A stretch of 64,000 bases of DNA from Actinomycetota bacterium (lineage in GTDB: Bacteria > Actinomycetota > Nitriliruptoria > Nitriliruptorales > JAHWKO01), in assembly GCA_019347675.1 (NCBI GenBank), contig JAHWKW010000011.1, positions 5,198 through 69,197 of the forward strand. Reading direction: 5' to 3'. Both the position numbers and the translations under genes were made by a program. Positions 1 to 10,564 of this stretch are shown in pieces; position 1 is the stretch's first letter, and every line of letters begins with the position of its first letter. The notes beneath the pieces were generated by a model. It did no database searches and had not been told where the DNA came from. It was given only the letters and a program-made list of their open reading frames with translations.

Positions 1-11
1 AGGGCATAGCG

Positions 12-1238
12 GTGGGGCCACAGGAGGAGCCACGTCCTCCGCTGCGCGAGGTCGGCGCACGCGAGTGGGTCGGCCAGAACCTGTTCGCCAGCGCCGGGCA
101 GACCGTGCTGACCGTGGTGTTCGGGCTGCTGCTGGCGTGGGTGGCGTACAAGACGTTCCGCTTCGTGTTCATCACCGGGCGGTGGCGGGTCATCGAGGTC
201 AACCTCACCACGTTCATGCTGGGCCGGTTCCCGCGGGCCGAGCTGTGGCGTCCAGTGGCGACCGCCCTGGGCCTGGCGACGTTCGTTCCGCTGTGGCTCG
301 GTCGGACCGCGCGCACCGTCCAGGAACTGGCGGTGGGCGAGGCCCAACGCGACTGGCAGGTGACGTGGAGCCGGATGTGGCCGTTCCTGGTCCTGGTCGG
401 TGGCGTGCTCAGCTTCACGCGGACGATCACGCCGACGCTGCTGGTGGCGGCCGCGGTGGGTGTCGGCGTCGTGGCGTACTGGAGCGGTGACCGGCTGGCG
501 ATCCGCGCCGGTGGGGCGGTCGATCTCGCGGCGCTCGTGGGGATCGTCGCGTCCTTCTACGTCCCGCTGTTCACCGGCGGGTTCGGGTGGTCCAACTGGG
601 GCGGTGTGCTGATGACCCTGTTCGCCGCCGCCGTGGGGATCGGGGTGTCGTTCCCGATCGGGATCGCCTTGGCGCTGGGTCGCCGGTCCGACCTGCCGGG
701 GATCCGGGCGCTGTGCGTGGCCTACATTGAGTTGATACGCGGAGTGCCGCTCGTCACCCTGCTCCTGATGGCCTTCTTCGTGGTGGGCTTCCTGGTGCCG
801 CCAGATGCCGGGCGGCCCAGCCTGGTCGCCCGCGCACTGGTGGTGTTGGTGGCGTTCACGGCCGCGTACGTGGCCGAGATCGTCCGCGGAGGGCTGCAGT
901 CGGTCCCCAAGGGACAGGTCGAGGCGGCCCAGGCGATCGGCCTGTCACCGTGGAAGGTCACGCGCCGGGTGGTGCTCCCACAGGCGCTGCGCAACGTGAT
1001 CCCGGCGCTCGTCGGGCAGTTCATCAGCCTGTTCAAGGACACGTCACTGCTGGCGATCATCGGCATACTGGAGCTGCTACGCGTCGCTCAGGTCGTGACC
1101 GACCAACCGGCGTTCCGGGCGCAGGGCCTGCAGGCGGAGACGTTGGCCTTCGCCGCGTTCATCTACTGGGTGCTCGCGTACGCGATGTCCAAGGAGAGCC
1201 AACGGCTCGAGCGCCGGCTGGGACTCGGCGAACGGTGA
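12..1238 (+). CDS. Polar amino-acid ABC transporter permease (AapM/HisM-like)
   Basis: 408-aa multi-TM ORF. It has the C-terminal EAA loop EAAQAIGLSPWKVTRRVVLPQALRNVIPALVGQFISLFKDTSLL typical of His/Glu/Gln/Arg-family permeases. The cognate ATPase gene follows 45 nt downstream. The start (GTG at 12) is provisional because the frame is open to the window edge. Confidence 0.85.
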   Translation: MGPQEEPRPPLREVGAREWVGQNLFASAGQTVLTVVFGLLLAWVAYKTFRFVFITGRWRVIEVNLTTFMLGRFPRAELWRPVATALGLATFVPLWLGRTARTVQELAVGEAQRDWQVTWSRMWPFLVLVGGVLSFTRTITPTLLVAAAVGVGVVAYWSGDRLAIRAGGAVDLAALVGIVASFYVPLFTGGFGWSNWGGVLMTLFAAAVGIGVSFPIGIALALGRRSDLPGIRALCVAYIELIRGVPLVTLLLMAFFVVGFLVPPDAGRPSLVARALVVLVAFTAAYVAEIVRGGLQSVPKGQVEAAQAIGLSPWKVTRRVVLPQALRNVIPALVGQFISLFKDTSLLAIIGILELLRVAQVVTDQPAFRAQGLQAETLAFAAFIYWVLAYAMSKESQRLERRLGLGER

Positions 1239-1282
1239 CAGGGCGGCATGGGCCACCACGCGACGCGTGACGAGGAGCGGAT

Positions 1283-2062
1283 ATGAGCACCGACGCCTTG
1301 ACCAGCGCAGCCACCCAGCCGGGTGGCACCGGGGACCCGATGATCGTGATGGAGGACGTCGAGAAGTGGTTCGGCGATTTCCAGGCGCTCAAGGACATCG
1401 ACCTGGTGGTCGGCCGCCAGGAGGTCGTGGTGGTCGTCGGCCCCTCGGGCTCGGGCAAATCGACGCTGATCCGCTGCATCAACCGCCTCGAGAAACACGG
1501 CCGCGGTCGCATCGTGGTGGACGGGGTGGAGCTGTCCGACGACATCCGCAACATCCAGGAGGTCCGCCGCGACGTCGGGATGGTGTTCCAGTCCTTCAAC
1601 CTCTTCCCGCACCTGACCGTGCTGGAGAACGTGACGCTGGCTCCCAGGCACGTCCGCGGGAGGTCGAAGAAGGAAGCAGAGGAACGCGCCATGGAGATCC
1701 TCGAACGCGTCAAGATCCCGGAGCAGGCCAACAAGTACCCCGCGCAGCTGTCCGGTGGGCAGCAGCAGCGGGTGGCGATCGCTCGGGCGCTGGCCATGGA
1801 CCCCAAGGTCATGCTCTTCGACGAGCCCACGTCCGCGCTGGACCCGGAGATGATCAAGGAGGTCCTCGACGCGATGATCGACCTCGCCCGGCAGGGGATG
1901 ACCATGGTGGTGGTCACCCACGAGATGGGCTTCGCCCGGGAGGTCGCCGACCGCATCGTGTTCATGGCCGAGGGTCAGATCGTCGAGGTCGGCACGCCCC
2001 GCCACTTCTTCGAGGAACCGCAGGAGGAACGCACCAGGCTGTTCATGTCGCAGATCCTGTAG
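1283..2062 (+). CDS. Amino-acid ABC transporter ATP-binding protein (GlnQ-like)
   Basis: Walker [13 protein letters not shown] signature [15 protein letters not shown], Walker [12 protein letters not shown] and an H-loop THEMGFA. The true start may be the internal [11 protein letters not shown] (about 1340). Confidence 0.9.
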   Translation: MSTDALTSAATQPGGTGDPMIVMEDVEKWFGDFQALKDIDLVVGRQEVVVVVGPSGSGKSTLIRCINRLEKHGRGRIVVDGVELSDDIRNIQEVRRDVGMVFQSFNLFPHLTVLENVTLAPRHVRGRSKKEAEERAMEILERVKIPEQANKYPAQLSGGQQQRVAIARALAMDPKVMLFDEPTSALDPEMIKEVLDAMIDLARQGMTMVVVTHEMGFAREVADRIVFMAEGQIVEVGTPRHFFEEPQEERTRLFMSQIL

Positions 2063-2216
2063 GCGCTCCTGTGTCCGCCATCGTGTGGTCCGTCCAGGAG
2101 TGGCGTGGCCGTGTGGTCGCGAACGAGCCCGGCCACGTCCGGAAGGTGTAGGTTGCGCGATCGGCGCACAGCGTGGATCTGCGAGGCGCGCTGAAGCCGT
2201 GACCAGGGGGACTTCC

Positions 2217-3758
2217 ATGGGTGTCAACGCAGCGCCGAGCGCGGCCATCAACAGGTGGGGACGCGGTTCGATGCTCGTGGTGCTGGTGCTGGCGACCGGC
2301 ATGGTGGGCCCAACCGCGAGCGGGGTGCTTGCTGCGGGCCCGTCGTCGCCACCGCGTGAGGTGCCCGGCCTCCGGCAGACCCCGGACATCCCCGTGCGCA
2401 CGGTCGGCCAGCGCCGAGCGGTCCCCGACCACCCACGCCAGACCGCTGGGAAGGGCGGCGGGTGCGACAAGGACGTGGACCTGACAACCACCCTGGACGG
2501 GGTGGTCACGGTCGCGGCTCAGAACAACGGCATCTGCACGACCGCCGACATCGACACCTACCAGACGACGTTAACCACGTACGTGGTACAGGCCGGCGGG
2601 GAGGAAGCCGCCTGGACGCACACCGACGTCGGCAGCCCCTCGGACCCGCAGATGGTCGGCCAGTTCACGTGGAGCGGAGGAGCCGGGAAGAACACCTACA
2701 CGCCCGACGTGAAGGCCTTCCATCAGGCAGGCCGTCGCTACCTGGCGCTGAGCCTCGAGCGGTTCTCGCTCAACGCCTACTGCGGCGTGGTCCTCGTCGA
2801 CGTCACCCAGCCCTCCAACCCTCAGGTGGAGAGCCAGATCTACAAGGACGACCGCGACGACTTCTGGTGTGACGTGCACAACAGCTTCGTCGAGGACGCC
2901 GACGGCGACGGGGACGCGGACCTGCTGTACCTCACCGCAGACGCCCGCAACGACCTGCGGGTGGTCGACATCTCCGACGTGGAACAGATGCCGAACGCCT
3001 GTGACGTCGCGGCCGGCTGCGACCGCGAGGTTGGGATCTACACCGCCCCGACTGCCGACAACAACAACTACGTCCACGACGTAACCGTCCTGGACCACGG
3101 CAGCACGGTCGGACGGCGCGTGTACCTCGCCTACTGGGATTCCGGGGTGGTGATCCTCGACGCCGATGAGGTGGCGACATCTGGCTGGCAGCCGCTCGTC
3201 GGCCCCGACGTGATCGACGAACGGGGCTTCCTGGCCCACCACGCCTGGGCCTCACGCGACGGCAGCCTCGTGTTCACCCAGGACGAGTTCCTCGAGCAGC
3301 CCGGCGACGAGCCCGTGCAGATGTGGGCAGTCGACGGCCTCAAGGGACCTGAGAAGATCGACAGCCTGGTCCTTGGGGCGGACGTCCCGGCCAACCCCGC
3401 CCACAACCTCGAGATCCGCTTCGACCTCGACTTCGACCGGCTGTACGTCGGTTGGTACAAGCTCGGGCTGCAGGGATGGGACTTCGACGCAGAAGGGTTC
3501 CAGCGGACCACCCGCTCGGTGCCGTTCACCGCGACCGTCTACCACCAGGCGCAGACGGAGGCGGCCGACGACGCCTACGACGGTGCCTGGGGGGTACGCC
3601 TGGCGCAGATCACCGTTGGCCAGGCCACCCACGTCTACGTGTTCCAGTCCGACCGGCGGTACGGGCTGATAATCGACTGCATCGGCTGCACGTCGAGCGA
3701 TGTGGGAGGTGACGAACAGCCGTGCCCGCCGGGCTGGAAGAAGCAGGGGCGCTGCTGA
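2217..3758 (+). CDS. Secreted beta-propeller protein (LVIVD-repeat-like)
   Basis: I moved the start to ATG 2217, which gives a signal peptide (MGVNAAPSAAINRWGRGSMLVVLVLATGMVGPTASGVLA). It has repeated hydrophobic-D strands (LRVVDISD, YLAYWDSGVVILD, YVFQSDRRYGLIID) like LVIVD-repeat propellers. Function is unknown. Confidence 0.6.
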   Translation: MGVNAAPSAAINRWGRGSMLVVLVLATGMVGPTASGVLAAGPSSPPREVPGLRQTPDIPVRTVGQRRAVPDHPRQTAGKGGGCDKDVDLTTTLDGVVTVAAQNNGICTTADIDTYQTTLTTYVVQAGGEEAAWTHTDVGSPSDPQMVGQFTWSGGAGKNTYTPDVKAFHQAGRRYLALSLERFSLNAYCGVVLVDVTQPSNPQVESQIYKDDRDDFWCDVHNSFVEDADGDGDADLLYLTADARNDLRVVDISDVEQMPNACDVAAGCDREVGIYTAPTADNNNYVHDVTVLDHGSTVGRRVYLAYWDSGVVILDADEVATSGWQPLVGPDVIDERGFLAHHAWASRDGSLVFTQDEFLEQPGDEPVQMWAVDGLKGPEKIDSLVLGADVPANPAHNLEIRFDLDFDRLYVGWYKLGLQGWDFDAEGFQRTTRSVPFTATVYHQAQTEAADDAYDGAWGVRLAQITVGQATHVYVFQSDRRYGLIIDCIGCTSSDVGGDEQPCPPGWKKQGRC

Positions 3759-4079
3759 GCGAGGCCGCATCGAACGGCTGCGGGTGACGAGCCCGAAGCA
3801 AGACGGACCACCGCCAAGACCACACGCTGGTGGCGCGTGCTCGGTGCGGCGCTCACGTGAAGATCCCCGTCGATGATCTCGCGGCGGAGGTGGTCGTCGG
3901 GGAAGCGCCGCAGGTCGTCGTCGGTGAGTCCGCTCGTGGGCGTGTCGATGGAGGAACCGTGCCCCTCCGTTCGCCGACATGCGCTCTGGCAGTCCGAATG
4001 CACGCTACGCCCCGCGCCCCACGGCCGACTCGGCCCTGTGGATGATCGGCCGGCGTGGTGCGCAGCCTGCCCGAGCGCC

Positions 4080-4511
4080 CTACCGATGGGTGTCGCGCTC
4101 GGCGGGGGGTCGCCAGCGGCGTCGCCAGGCCCGCTCGGCATCGGCGAAGGCATCGAGGGGTTCGATGACGTCATGCACCCCCCCGAGCAGGTCCTCGAGC
4201 TCACCGGTGCTGGCGGCGCGCTCGCGGGCGTCGGGGAGGGCCGCCTCCGCCTCGTCGAGGGCGGCGGCGCAACTGTCCCACTCGTCCCCGAGTCCGGGCA
4301 CGCCCCGCCACCGCTGCATCCGGGCACGAGCATCGGTGATCGCGGCCGCGGCCGCGTCGAGGCCCACGTCGACCGGCGCGGGATCGACCCTCCCCGCGGG
4401 GAGGGTGGCCAGCAGGCGCCGACGGCCGCCCTCGATCACCTCCGCGCAGTGCACGAACGCCCACCAAGCCGCGTGCAGATCCTCGGGGAGGGCAGGACGT
4501 CGCGACAACAT
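4080..4511 (-). CDS. Hypothetical protein (helical, acidic)
   Basis: 143-aa ORF with strongly GC-rich third codon positions, consistent with real coding. I recognised no motif. Confidence 0.45.
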   Translation of the reverse strand: MLSRRPALPEDLHAAWWAFVHCAEVIEGGRRRLLATLPAGRVDPAPVDVGLDAAAAAITDARARMQRWRGVPGLGDEWDSCAAALDEAEAALPDARERAASTGELEDLLGGVHDVIEPLDAFADAERAWRRRWRPPAERDTHR

Positions 4512-4571
4512 GCACCGACCCTACCGACGACGGCACCGGTGGGTCCGGGTTCGACTGCTCGGGTCGGGTCG

Positions 4572-6113
4572 TTACCGGCACGCGCGGGACAGCGGCTCGG
4601 TCGCCGGCGTTGGCGTCGTGGTCCGCGTCGCACGAGCGGTGGCGGACTCCACGACCGGCGCCGGGGTTGCCGGCGCGGGCTCGGCATCCAGCAGGCTCCT
4701 GACGGCAGTGCGGACCAGGGCCAGGTCGGGAATCGGGTAGCCGTCCCGATCGCGGCCGGCGACGAAGTCCGGTGGGGTGATGCTCAGCACGCGCACGTCG
4801 GCGGGATCGACCATCACGGCGAGGTCCACGACGCCGGATAGGAGGTCCCGCGGCACGTCGGTCGTGAGCGACGCGCGGGCGATCGCGGCGAGACGCCCGA
4901 ACCTGCGCAGGACCGTGGGAGCGTCGGCCTGTTCCAGGAGCGCACCGAGGAAGCAGCGCTGGCGCTGCATCCGGCCGTAGTCGTCGCTGCCACGGCGGGT
5001 GCGCACGTAGACCAGCGCCTGGCGGCCGTTGAGGTGGTGGCGACCGGGACGCAGGTCGATCGCGTCCCACTCGCCCTCGTGCGGCGAGTCGAGCTGATCG
5101 TAGATGCGTCGGTCGACGTGGATGGTGACGCCTCCCAGCGCGTCGACCACGTCGACGAACCCACGCAGGTCCACCATCGCGTAGTGGTCGATCGACAGCC
5201 GCAACAGCTCCTCGAGGGCGCCGATGAGCACGGCCATGCCCGGATCGTCGACGCCGTCGGGGACCAGATCGTCGCGGTCCTTGAAGTAGTCCAACAGACC
5301 GTTGATGGGCCCCGGGAAGCAACGGCACCGCCACGGGGCGCGCAGCCAGCCAGGCAACGGCACGCGGACGAGGTTCCGCGGGACGCTGATCAGCCCGGCG
5401 CGGCCGGACGACGGCTCGATCGTCGCGACCATGATCGTGTCGGTCCGCAGGCTGCGGCGTAGGGGGCCAGCGTCACTGCCCAGCAGGAGGATGGTGAAAC
5501 GGTCTGTCCCCATGAGCGGGGAGGGCTCGGCGCGCCCCGTCGACTCCCGACCGTCCGCGTCGACGGCTTCCGCGGCGTGGGCGGGTTCGGCCGCGACCGG
5601 GAAGACGTCGGTGAGCACGGCCCGCGCCTCGAGGCCGTAGTGGGCGACCGCTGCGTGCGGCAGCACGGTGACCATGGCCAGCGCGACACCGGTCGCGCGG
5701 ACCATGACGTGTTCACCGGCGGTGGCCGGCAAGAGGGGGACGGGCATGCGGAGCGGCCGGCGCGCGCACCGGAACGCGTCGACGACCGCGTACGCCCGGA
5801 ACGCCAACACCAGGGCGTTCCCGACGAGGACAGCGTCGAGGACCCCAGGGCGCGCCAGGAGCGAAGCGATACCGACCAGGTCGTGGATTGGCAGTGCCAG
5901 CACCGAGGCGATCAGAGCCGCCCAAACGGCGACCAGTACGACGCCGCGGTGCCACCGCCCCGCCCACAACTGGCCGGCCCCGGGCAACAGTGTCGACAGC
6001 GCCGCCGATTGAAGCCCCCGCCGCAGGGTGGGCCGCAGCAGCGGTCGGTGCCCGGTGCCCGTCCCCCCGCCTCCGGTTCGCCCGCGTACAGCATGGCACG
6101 TCGCGGGGGGCAC
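4572..6113 (-). CDS. LCP (LytR-CpsA-Psr) family cell-envelope polymer transferase
   Basis: N-terminal TM segments followed by LCP core motifs: FTILLLGSDAG, RTDTIMVATIEPSSGRAGLISVPRNL, YAMVDLRGF and NGRQALVYVRTRR. Confidence 0.8.
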   Translation of the reverse strand: MPPATCHAVRGRTGGGGTGTGHRPLLRPTLRRGLQSAALSTLLPGAGQLWAGRWHRGVVLVAVWAALIASVLALPIHDLVGIASLLARPGVLDAVLVGNALVLAFRAYAVVDAFRCARRPLRMPVPLLPATAGEHVMVRATGVALAMVTVLPHAAVAHYGLEARAVLTDVFPVAAEPAHAAEAVDADGRESTGRAEPSPLMGTDRFTILLLGSDAGPLRRSLRTDTIMVATIEPSSGRAGLISVPRNLVRVPLPGWLRAPWRCRCFPGPINGLLDYFKDRDDLVPDGVDDPGMAVLIGALEELLRLSIDHYAMVDLRGFVDVVDALGGVTIHVDRRIYDQLDSPHEGEWDAIDLRPGRHHLNGRQALVYVRTRRGSDDYGRMQRQRCFLGALLEQADAPTVLRRFGRLAAIARASLTTDVPRDLLSGVVDLAVMVDPADVRVLSITPPDFVAGRDRDGYPIPDLALVRTAVRSLLDAEPAPATPAPVVESATARATRTTTPTPATEPLSRACR

Positions 6114-6137
6114 GTCGCTGAAGCGCGGCTTGCGGCC

Positions 6138-6782
6138 TTACAGGCGCCCGACCAGCCCCAGCGGGTCGTCGACGACGGCGCTCGCACCCGCTCGCATCAG
6201 TTCAGAGTCCCCGAAGCCCCCGGTGCGCACCGCGATCGTGCGCACGCCCAAGCGGTACCCCGCTTCGGCGTCCCACGGGGAGTCGCCGACCAGGGTCGCC
6301 CGATCGGTGACGGCGTCCAGCTCCTCCAACGACGTCACGAGCAAGTCCGGAGCGGGTTTGGACGCGTGGACGTCGTCGGCGTCGGTGGTGGGCAGGTCCG
6401 GGCGGCCCAGCACCTCCATCAGCGCGGTTCGGACGGTCTCGCCCGCCGAGGTGGCGATCAGGAACGGGACCTCGCGGATCTGCAGGTCCTCCAACAGCTC
6501 CCGCGCCCCGCGGGTCGGACGCAGATCGTCAGCCATATCGAGGAAGCGGCTGCGGTGACCCTCCGAGATGGCCTCGGCCTCGTCGACGTGGCCTCCCAGG
6601 ACCCAGGTGACCAACCTGAGGCTGCCCATGCCGATCCCGGCGTGCAGTTGCCACAGCGGCACCCGGTGGCCGTGCTCGCGGAAGGCGGCGTCCCACGTCA
6701 CGACGTGCTGGTAGACCGAGTCGATCAGCGTCCCGTCGAGGTCGAGCAGCACAGCAGGTTCGGACACGACCACCTCCGCCAC
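6138..6782 (-). CDS. HAD-superfamily phosphatase (phosphoglycolate-phosphatase-like)
   Basis: HAD motif I is LLDLDGTLIDS and the C-terminal motif is VGDSPWDAEAG. The start is placed at GTG 6782 (VAEVVVSEPAVLLDLDG). The longer track ORF (to 6965) would overlap the metH start and adds an Arg-rich, non-coding-looking extension. Confidence 0.75.
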   Translation of the reverse strand: MAEVVVSEPAVLLDLDGTLIDSVYQHVVTWDAAFREHGHRVPLWQLHAGIGMGSLRLVTWVLGGHVDEAEAISEGHRSRFLDMADDLRPTRGARELLEDLQIREVPFLIATSAGETVRTALMEVLGRPDLPTTDADDVHASKPAPDLLVTSLEELDAVTDRATLVGDSPWDAEAGYRLGVRTIAVRTGGFGDSELMRAGASAVVDDPLGLVGRL

Positions 6783-6949
6783 ACGCAGGAAACCGACCGC
6801 CGGTCGGCGTGGCACGTCACTCAAGCAGGCCGACGTCAGCTGGGCACGTGACGCCCCCGACCATCGGGGTCGCAGCTGCCGGGTCGGGCAGGCGGTCAGC
6901 GGACACCGGCGACGTGTCCGCGCTGGAGCAGCGCGTACCCTTCCCGGCG

Positions 6950-9900
6950 ATGTCCTCTGGTCCACGTCGACTCGACGATCACCCGTTCCTCGCCGCGATG
7001 CGATCGCGGGTGGTCGTCCTGGACGGGGCGATGGGCACCTCGATCCAGGAGCTGGGGCTGACCGCTGACGACTTCGGCGGGCCCGCGCTCGAGGGCTGCA
7101 ACGAAGTGCTGGTCCGTACCCGCCCCGACGTGATCGAAGCCATCCACACGTCCTTCCTCGAGGTCGGCTGCGACGCGGTGGAGACCGACACGTTCGGCGG
7201 CGCCCCGTGGGTCCTGGGCGAGTACGGCCTCGCCGACGACTGCGAGGAGCTCAACCGGCTCGCCGCGGAGATCGCGCGCCGAGCGTGCGCCCGGTACGCC
7301 ACCGTCGACAAGCCGCGCTGGGTGATCGGGTCGATCGGCCCGGGCACGCGCTCCCCCACCCTGTCGCTGGGGAAGGACCCGGCCACCACCAAGGACTTCA
7401 TCGACCTGGCCGCCATGGAGGACGGCTACCGCCGGCAGGTCCGTGGCCTGCTCGACGGCGGCGTGGACGTCCTGCTGGTCGAGACCTGCTTCGACCCACT
7501 ACAGGCCAAAGCCGCGGTCGCTGCCTGTCACGACGTGTTCGACGAACGCGGCGTGCGTCTCCCGCTGATGGTGCAGTTCACGGTCGAGAAGGACATCAAC
7601 ACGATGCTGCTCGGGACCGAGCCGCTGGCGGCGATCGCCGCGCTGGATCCCCTCCCGATCGACGTGCTCGGCATGAACTGCGCCACCGGTCCCGACGACA
7701 TGCGCGAGCACGTGCGGACGTTGTCCCGCCAGTCGCGCCTGCCGATCAGCGTTGTCCCCAACGCCGGGATCCCGCACATGGAGGGTGGGCAGGCCGTGTA
7801 CTCGTTGACGCCCGAGGCGCTCGCCAGGGCGCTGGACGAGTTCACCGCCGAGTACGGCGTCACGGTGGTCGGCGGCTGCTGCGGGACCACCCCCGACCAC
7901 CTGCGACAGGTGATCGAGCGGCTCGCTGACCCGGACGCTGACAGCCCCGCTGCCAACGCGAGCGGACCTGTGGGGCGGGCCGCCGCTGCACGGGACGTGA
8001 CCTTCGAACCGTCGCTCGCGTCGCTGTACGCCGCCGTCCCGATCGAGCAGGAGACCTCCTTCCTGGTCGTCGGGGAGCGGCTCAACGCCAACGGCTCGAA
8101 GGCCTTCCGCGACCTGCTGCTGAGCGAGGACTGGGACGGCCTCGTCCAGATGGCGCGGTCACAGACCCGCGAGGGTGCTCACGTCCTGGACCTGTGCGTC
8201 GACTACGTCGGCCGCGACGGCGTCCCGGACGTCGTCGCGGCGGTCGACCGCCTCGCGACGCAGTCGACCCTGCCGCTGGTGATCGACTCGACCGAGCCGG
8301 AGGTGATCGAGGCGGCGCTGACCCGCATCGGCGGGCGAGCCGTGATCAACTCCGTCAACCTCGAGGACGGCCGGGTCAAGGCCGACCGGCTGCTGCCGTT
8401 GGCGCGCCGGTACGGCGCCGCGGTGATCGTCCTGGCCATCGACGAGGAGGGCCAAGCGCGCACAGCCGAGTGGAAGGTCGACGTCTGCAAGCGGGTCGCC
8501 GACATCGCGATCAGCGAGTACGGCCTGGAACCGTCCGACCTGATCTTCGACACGCTGACGTTCCCGTTGGGATCGGGGCAGGAGGACCTGCGCCGCGACG
8601 GCATCGCCACCCTGGACGCGATCGAGCGGATCAAGGCGGAACTGCCCGGCTGCCACACGGTCCTGGGCGTCTCGAACGTGTCGTTCGGCCTGTCCCCGGC
8701 AGCGCGACAGGTGCTGAACTCGGTCTTCCTGCACCTGGCGATCGAACGCGGCCTGGACGCTGCGATCGTGCACCCGGGCAAGATCCTGCCCCTGCACCGC
8801 ATCCCCGACGAGCAGGCGACGGTCGCCGAGGACCTGATCCTCGACCGTCGCCGGGCGGACGGCGAGAGCGGCGCCTACGACCCGCTGCACCGGCTGATGC
8901 AGCTGTTCGAAGGCGCCTCCGAGACGCGAACCAGCCGCGAGGATCTCGCCGCGCTCCCGGTCGAGGAACGGTTGAAGCGGCGCATCATCGACGGCGAACG
9001 CGACGGCCTGGACGACGACCTGCGCGAGGCCCTCGGACGGTGGGCACCGTTGGAGATCATCAACCGGTTCCTCCTGGACGGCATGAAGGTCGTCGGCGAC
9101 CTGTTCGGCTCGGGGCAGATGCAGCTGCCGTTCGTCCTGCAGAGCGCGGAGGTGATGAAGTCGGCCGTGGCCTGGCTCGAACCGCGCTTGGAGAAAGGCG
9201 AGGCGACCAACAAGGGCCGGGTGATCCTGGCGACCGTCAAGGGCGACGTGCACGACATCGGTAAGAACCTGGTCGACATCATCCTGCGCAACAACGGGTA
9301 CGACACGGTCAATCTCGGCATCAAGCAGTCGATCGACGCGATCCTGGCCGCGGCGGAGGGCGGACACGCCGACGCGATCGGGATGTCGGGGCTGCTGGTG
9401 AAGTCCACGGTGGTGATGCGCGACAACCTCGAAGAGATGAACAAGCGGCAGGTCGCGGACCGCTACCCGGTGCTGTTGGGCGGGGCGGCGCTGACCCGCA
9501 GCTACGTCGAGGACGAACTCCGCGAGCTGTACCGCGGGCAGGTGTTCTACTGCCGTGACGCGTTCGAGGGCTTGAAGACCCTCGACGTGCTGATGGAGTC
9601 AAAGCGCGCCGGTGCCGCGCTACCACCCCAGCTGGTGGCCCCGGTGAAGAAGGACCACCTGCGCCGCCGCCAGCCGAAGGCCCAGGCCCCGCCGAGGGTC
9701 GACGCCAAGGGCCGGCCCAGGTCCGAGGTCGCTTCAGACGTGGATATCCCGCAGCCGCCGTTCTGGGGGGAGCGGGTCGCGCGGGGCATCGCGATCGACG
9801 AGTTCTGGCCGCTGGTGAACGAGATCGCGCTGTTCCGCAACCAGTGGGGCTTCACCCCCGGCGAGCGCAGTCCCAAGGAGTACAAGCGGTTCCTGGAGGA

Positions 9901-10546
9901 GGAGGCGTGGCCGGTGCTGCGCGGATGGGTGGCCCGCGCCAAGGCCGAAAAGCTCCTGATCCCCGAGGTGGCGTACGGCTACTATCCCGCCAACGGTGAC
10001 GGCAACGACGTGGTCGTGTGGCACCCCGACGCCCCGCTGGAGCGTGAGCTGGAACGGTTCACGTTCCCACGCCAGTCCCGCGGCCGGTTTCTGTGCCTGG
10101 CGGATTTCTTCCGCGACGTGGCCACGTCAGAACCGGACGTGATCGGCATCCAGGTGGTGACGGTGGGGCGCCGTATCAGCCAGGTCGCCGCCGAACTGTT
10201 CGCCGAGGACCGCTACCAGGACTACCTGTTCGCGCACGGGTTCGGGGTGGAGATGGCCGAAGCCCTGGCCGAGTTCTGGCACGCGCGGGTCCGCAACGAG
10301 CTGGGCATCGCTGACGAGGATGCGGACACCAAACAGGGGCTGTTCCGCCAGGAGTACCGCGGGTCACGCTACTCGTTCGGTTACGCCGCGTGCCCGAACC
10401 TCGAGGACCAGGAGAAGCTGTTCCGGCTGGTGGATCCCACCCGCATCGGCGTCACGCTGACCGACGAGTACATGCTCGACCCGGAACAGTCGACGTCTGC
10501 GATCGTCGTCCACCATCCGCAGGCGAAGTACTTCTCGGCACGGTGA
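6950..10546 (+). CDS. metH: Cobalamin-dependent methionine synthase
   Basis: Full multi-domain architecture: homocysteine S-methyltransferase (VVLDGAMGT, GGCCGTTP), pterin-binding domain, B12-binding domain (ATVKGDVHDIGKNLV) and a C-terminal AdoMet activation domain. The start is set at ATG 6950 (MSSGPRRLDDHPFLAAMRSR). Confidence 0.95.
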   Translation: MSSGPRRLDDHPFLAAMRSRVVVLDGAMGTSIQELGLTADDFGGPALEGCNEVLVRTRPDVIEAIHTSFLEVGCDAVETDTFGGAPWVLGEYGLADDCEELNRLAAEIARRACARYATVDKPRWVIGSIGPGTRSPTLSLGKDPATTKDFIDLAAMEDGYRRQVRGLLDGGVDVLLVETCFDPLQAKAAVAACHDVFDERGVRLPLMVQFTVEKDINTMLLGTEPLAAIAALDPLPIDVLGMNCATGPDDMREHVRTLSRQSRLPISVVPNAGIPHMEGGQAVYSLTPEALARALDEFTAEYGVTVVGGCCGTTPDHLRQVIERLADPDADSPAANASGPVGRAAAARDVTFEPSLASLYAAVPIEQETSFLVVGERLNANGSKAFRDLLLSEDWDGLVQMARSQTREGAHVLDLCVDYVGRDGVPDVVAAVDRLATQSTLPLVIDSTEPEVIEAALTRIGGRAVINSVNLEDGRVKADRLLPLARRYGAAVIVLAIDEEGQARTAEWKVDVCKRVADIAISEYGLEPSDLIFDTLTFPLGSGQEDLRRDGIATLDAIERIKAELPGCHTVLGVSNVSFGLSPAARQVLNSVFLHLAIERGLDAAIVHPGKILPLHRIPDEQATVAEDLILDRRRADGESGAYDPLHRLMQLFEGASETRTSREDLAALPVEERLKRRIIDGERDGLDDDLREALGRWAPLEIINRFLLDGMKVVGDLFGSGQMQLPFVLQSAEVMKSAVAWLEPRLEKGEATNKGRVILATVKGDVHDIGKNLVDIILRNNGYDTVNLGIKQSIDAILAAAEGGHADAIGMSGLLVKSTVVMRDNLEEMNKRQVADRYPVLLGGAALTRSYVEDELRELYRGQVFYCRDAFEGLKTLDVLMESKRAGAALPPQLVAPVKKDHLRRRQPKAQAPPRVDAKGRPRSEVASDVDIPQPPFWGERVARGIAIDEFWPLVNEIALFRNQWGFTPGERSPKEYKRFLEEEAWPVLRGWVARAKAEKLLIPEVAYGYYPANGDGNDVVVWHPDAPLERELERFTFPRQSRGRFLCLADFFRDVATSEPDVIGIQVVTVGRRISQVAAELFAEDRYQDYLFAHGFGVEMAEALAEFWHARVRNELGIADEDADTKQGLFRQEYRGSRYSFGYAACPNLEDQEKLFRLVDPTRIGVTLTDEYMLDPEQSTSAIVVHHPQAKYFSAR

Positions 10547-10564
10547 TCTCCTGCGGCCTGGCAG

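Noticed and set aside
1163-2509. 448-aa minus-strand ORF (and 1159-1965, 268 aa) covering the ABC ATPase gene
   Set aside because: It is antisense to a gene with unambiguous Walker/ABC motifs. Its translation is Arg/Pro/His-rich and low-complexity, the typical shadow ORF of high-GC DNA.
3759-4079. Gene in the 320-nt gap after the LVIVD-like gene (ORFs 3635-4333 -, 3830-4045 +, 3873-4841 +)
   Set aside because: All candidates overlap better-supported genes, either antisense or out of frame, and lack motifs. I left the gap unannotated.
6783-6949. Possible SAM, SAH or cobalamin riboswitch in the 167-nt metH leader
   Set aside because: Some hairpins are present (for example ccgacc-gcc-ggtcgg). 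However, I could not find a B12 box or the conserved cores of SAM-I, SAM-IV or SAH elements. A covariance-model scan (Rfam/Infernal) would be needed to settle it.
8159-9367. 402-aa minus-strand ORF, plus other long ORFs on both strands, inside metH
   Set aside because: They are antisense or out of frame to a full-length, motif-rich metH. No protein motifs were found and the composition is that of a shadow ORF.
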